The notes beneath the pieces are model-generated. The model did not search any database, was not told where the DNA came from, and worked only from the letters and a program-made list of their open reading frames with translations. DNA of 61,336 nucleotides, filler included, from Anaerolineae bacterium (GTDB lineage Bacteria > Chloroflexota > Anaerolineae > Epilineales > Epilineaceae): assembly GCA_029262755.1 (NCBI GenBank). It is 5 parts of 5 records of this genome, joined end to end, with 100 filler letters (N's around TTAATTAATTAA, not from the genome) between each part and the next. Parts side by side here need not be neighbours in the genome. Positions count along the whole stretch, not along the records: positions 56,405 to 61,336 come from JAJCYU010000245.1; 4 more parts are not named here. One strand, 5' to 3'. Below are positions 61,068-61,336 of this stretch, piece by piece. The position numbers were made by a program, and so were the translations under genes. The number at the start of each line of letters is the position of its first letter. Position 1 is the first letter of the stretch.

Positions 61068-61336
61068 ATGAGCAACTACCCGGTCAAGGGCCTGAAGATC
61101 ACGGCCGAGGGCGAGCTGAGTGAGGTCAAGATCAATGGCTTGGACGATCTGCAGGAGGCGGTCGGAGGCCTGATCGAGGGCGTGTATCTCAACGGCGGCG
61201 GGACGATGTGGGTCAACGAGGAGTTCTTGCTGAACGGGTCAGCGCCCAACTACTTCGCAAGTGACGTGGCGGGGCTCGGCGGCAGGCCGGATCTGCTGCT
61301 GTGCCTGGTCAGGGGCGACGTCGTGATCGTGGGGCC
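61068..61336 (+). CDS. DUF3846 family protein, 3'-truncated
   Basis: Hand translation MSNYPVKGLKI...LDDLQEAVGGLIE...MWVNEE...PN..AS...GDVVIVG; strong RBS. Confidence 0.8.
   Translation, partial: MSNYPVKGLKITAEGELSEVKINGLDDLQEAVGGLIEGVYLNGGGTMWVNEEFLLNGSAPNYFASDVAGLGGRPDLLLCLVRGDVVIVG

Overview
The window is five separate contigs joined by 100-nt N spacers, each containing an artificial TTAATTAATTAA linker (8156-8255, 38635-38734, 50312-50411, 56305-56404), so adjacency across gaps means nothing. Contig 1 (1-8155) is visibly lower in GC and phage-like. It carries about 25 tightly overlapped minus-strand genes: an Mre11/SbcD-like fragment, a stand-alone C-terminal half of an SbcC/Rad50 ATPase, HARE-HTH and wHTH proteins, Lar-like, ABA-sandwich and Zn-finger proteins, and a secreted TIM-barrel-like protein. 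It also has a gene-junction repeat in three copies, one of which joins two collapsed mini-genes. Contigs 2-4 are high-GC chromosomal DNA, probably Chloroflexota (inferred from gene content and a C-terminal 'IALPW' tail). They hold mobA, AKR, arfB, SDR, the SCO1664/DUF3090/phosphomutase cluster, an rpoD-like sigma, an AlkZ-like glycosylase, uvrC, prfA, rseP, kbl-tdh, rpsO-pnp, an S8 protease and two giant DUF11 surface proteins. One giant has a tandemly duplicated ~700-aa domain I cannot assign and a long structured leader. The Tdh has lost all four structural-zinc cysteines. Contig 5 (56405-61336) looks like mobile-element cargo: an LRR fragment, a pseudogene, a DUF4365 nuclease with a coupled partner, an MltR/HEPN-like protein, and a hairpin resembling an ssDNA promoter ahead of a DUF3846 gene. 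No rRNA, tRNA, CRISPR array, reverse transcriptase, integrase or transposase was recognised. All family calls are motif recognition by eye, not database searches.
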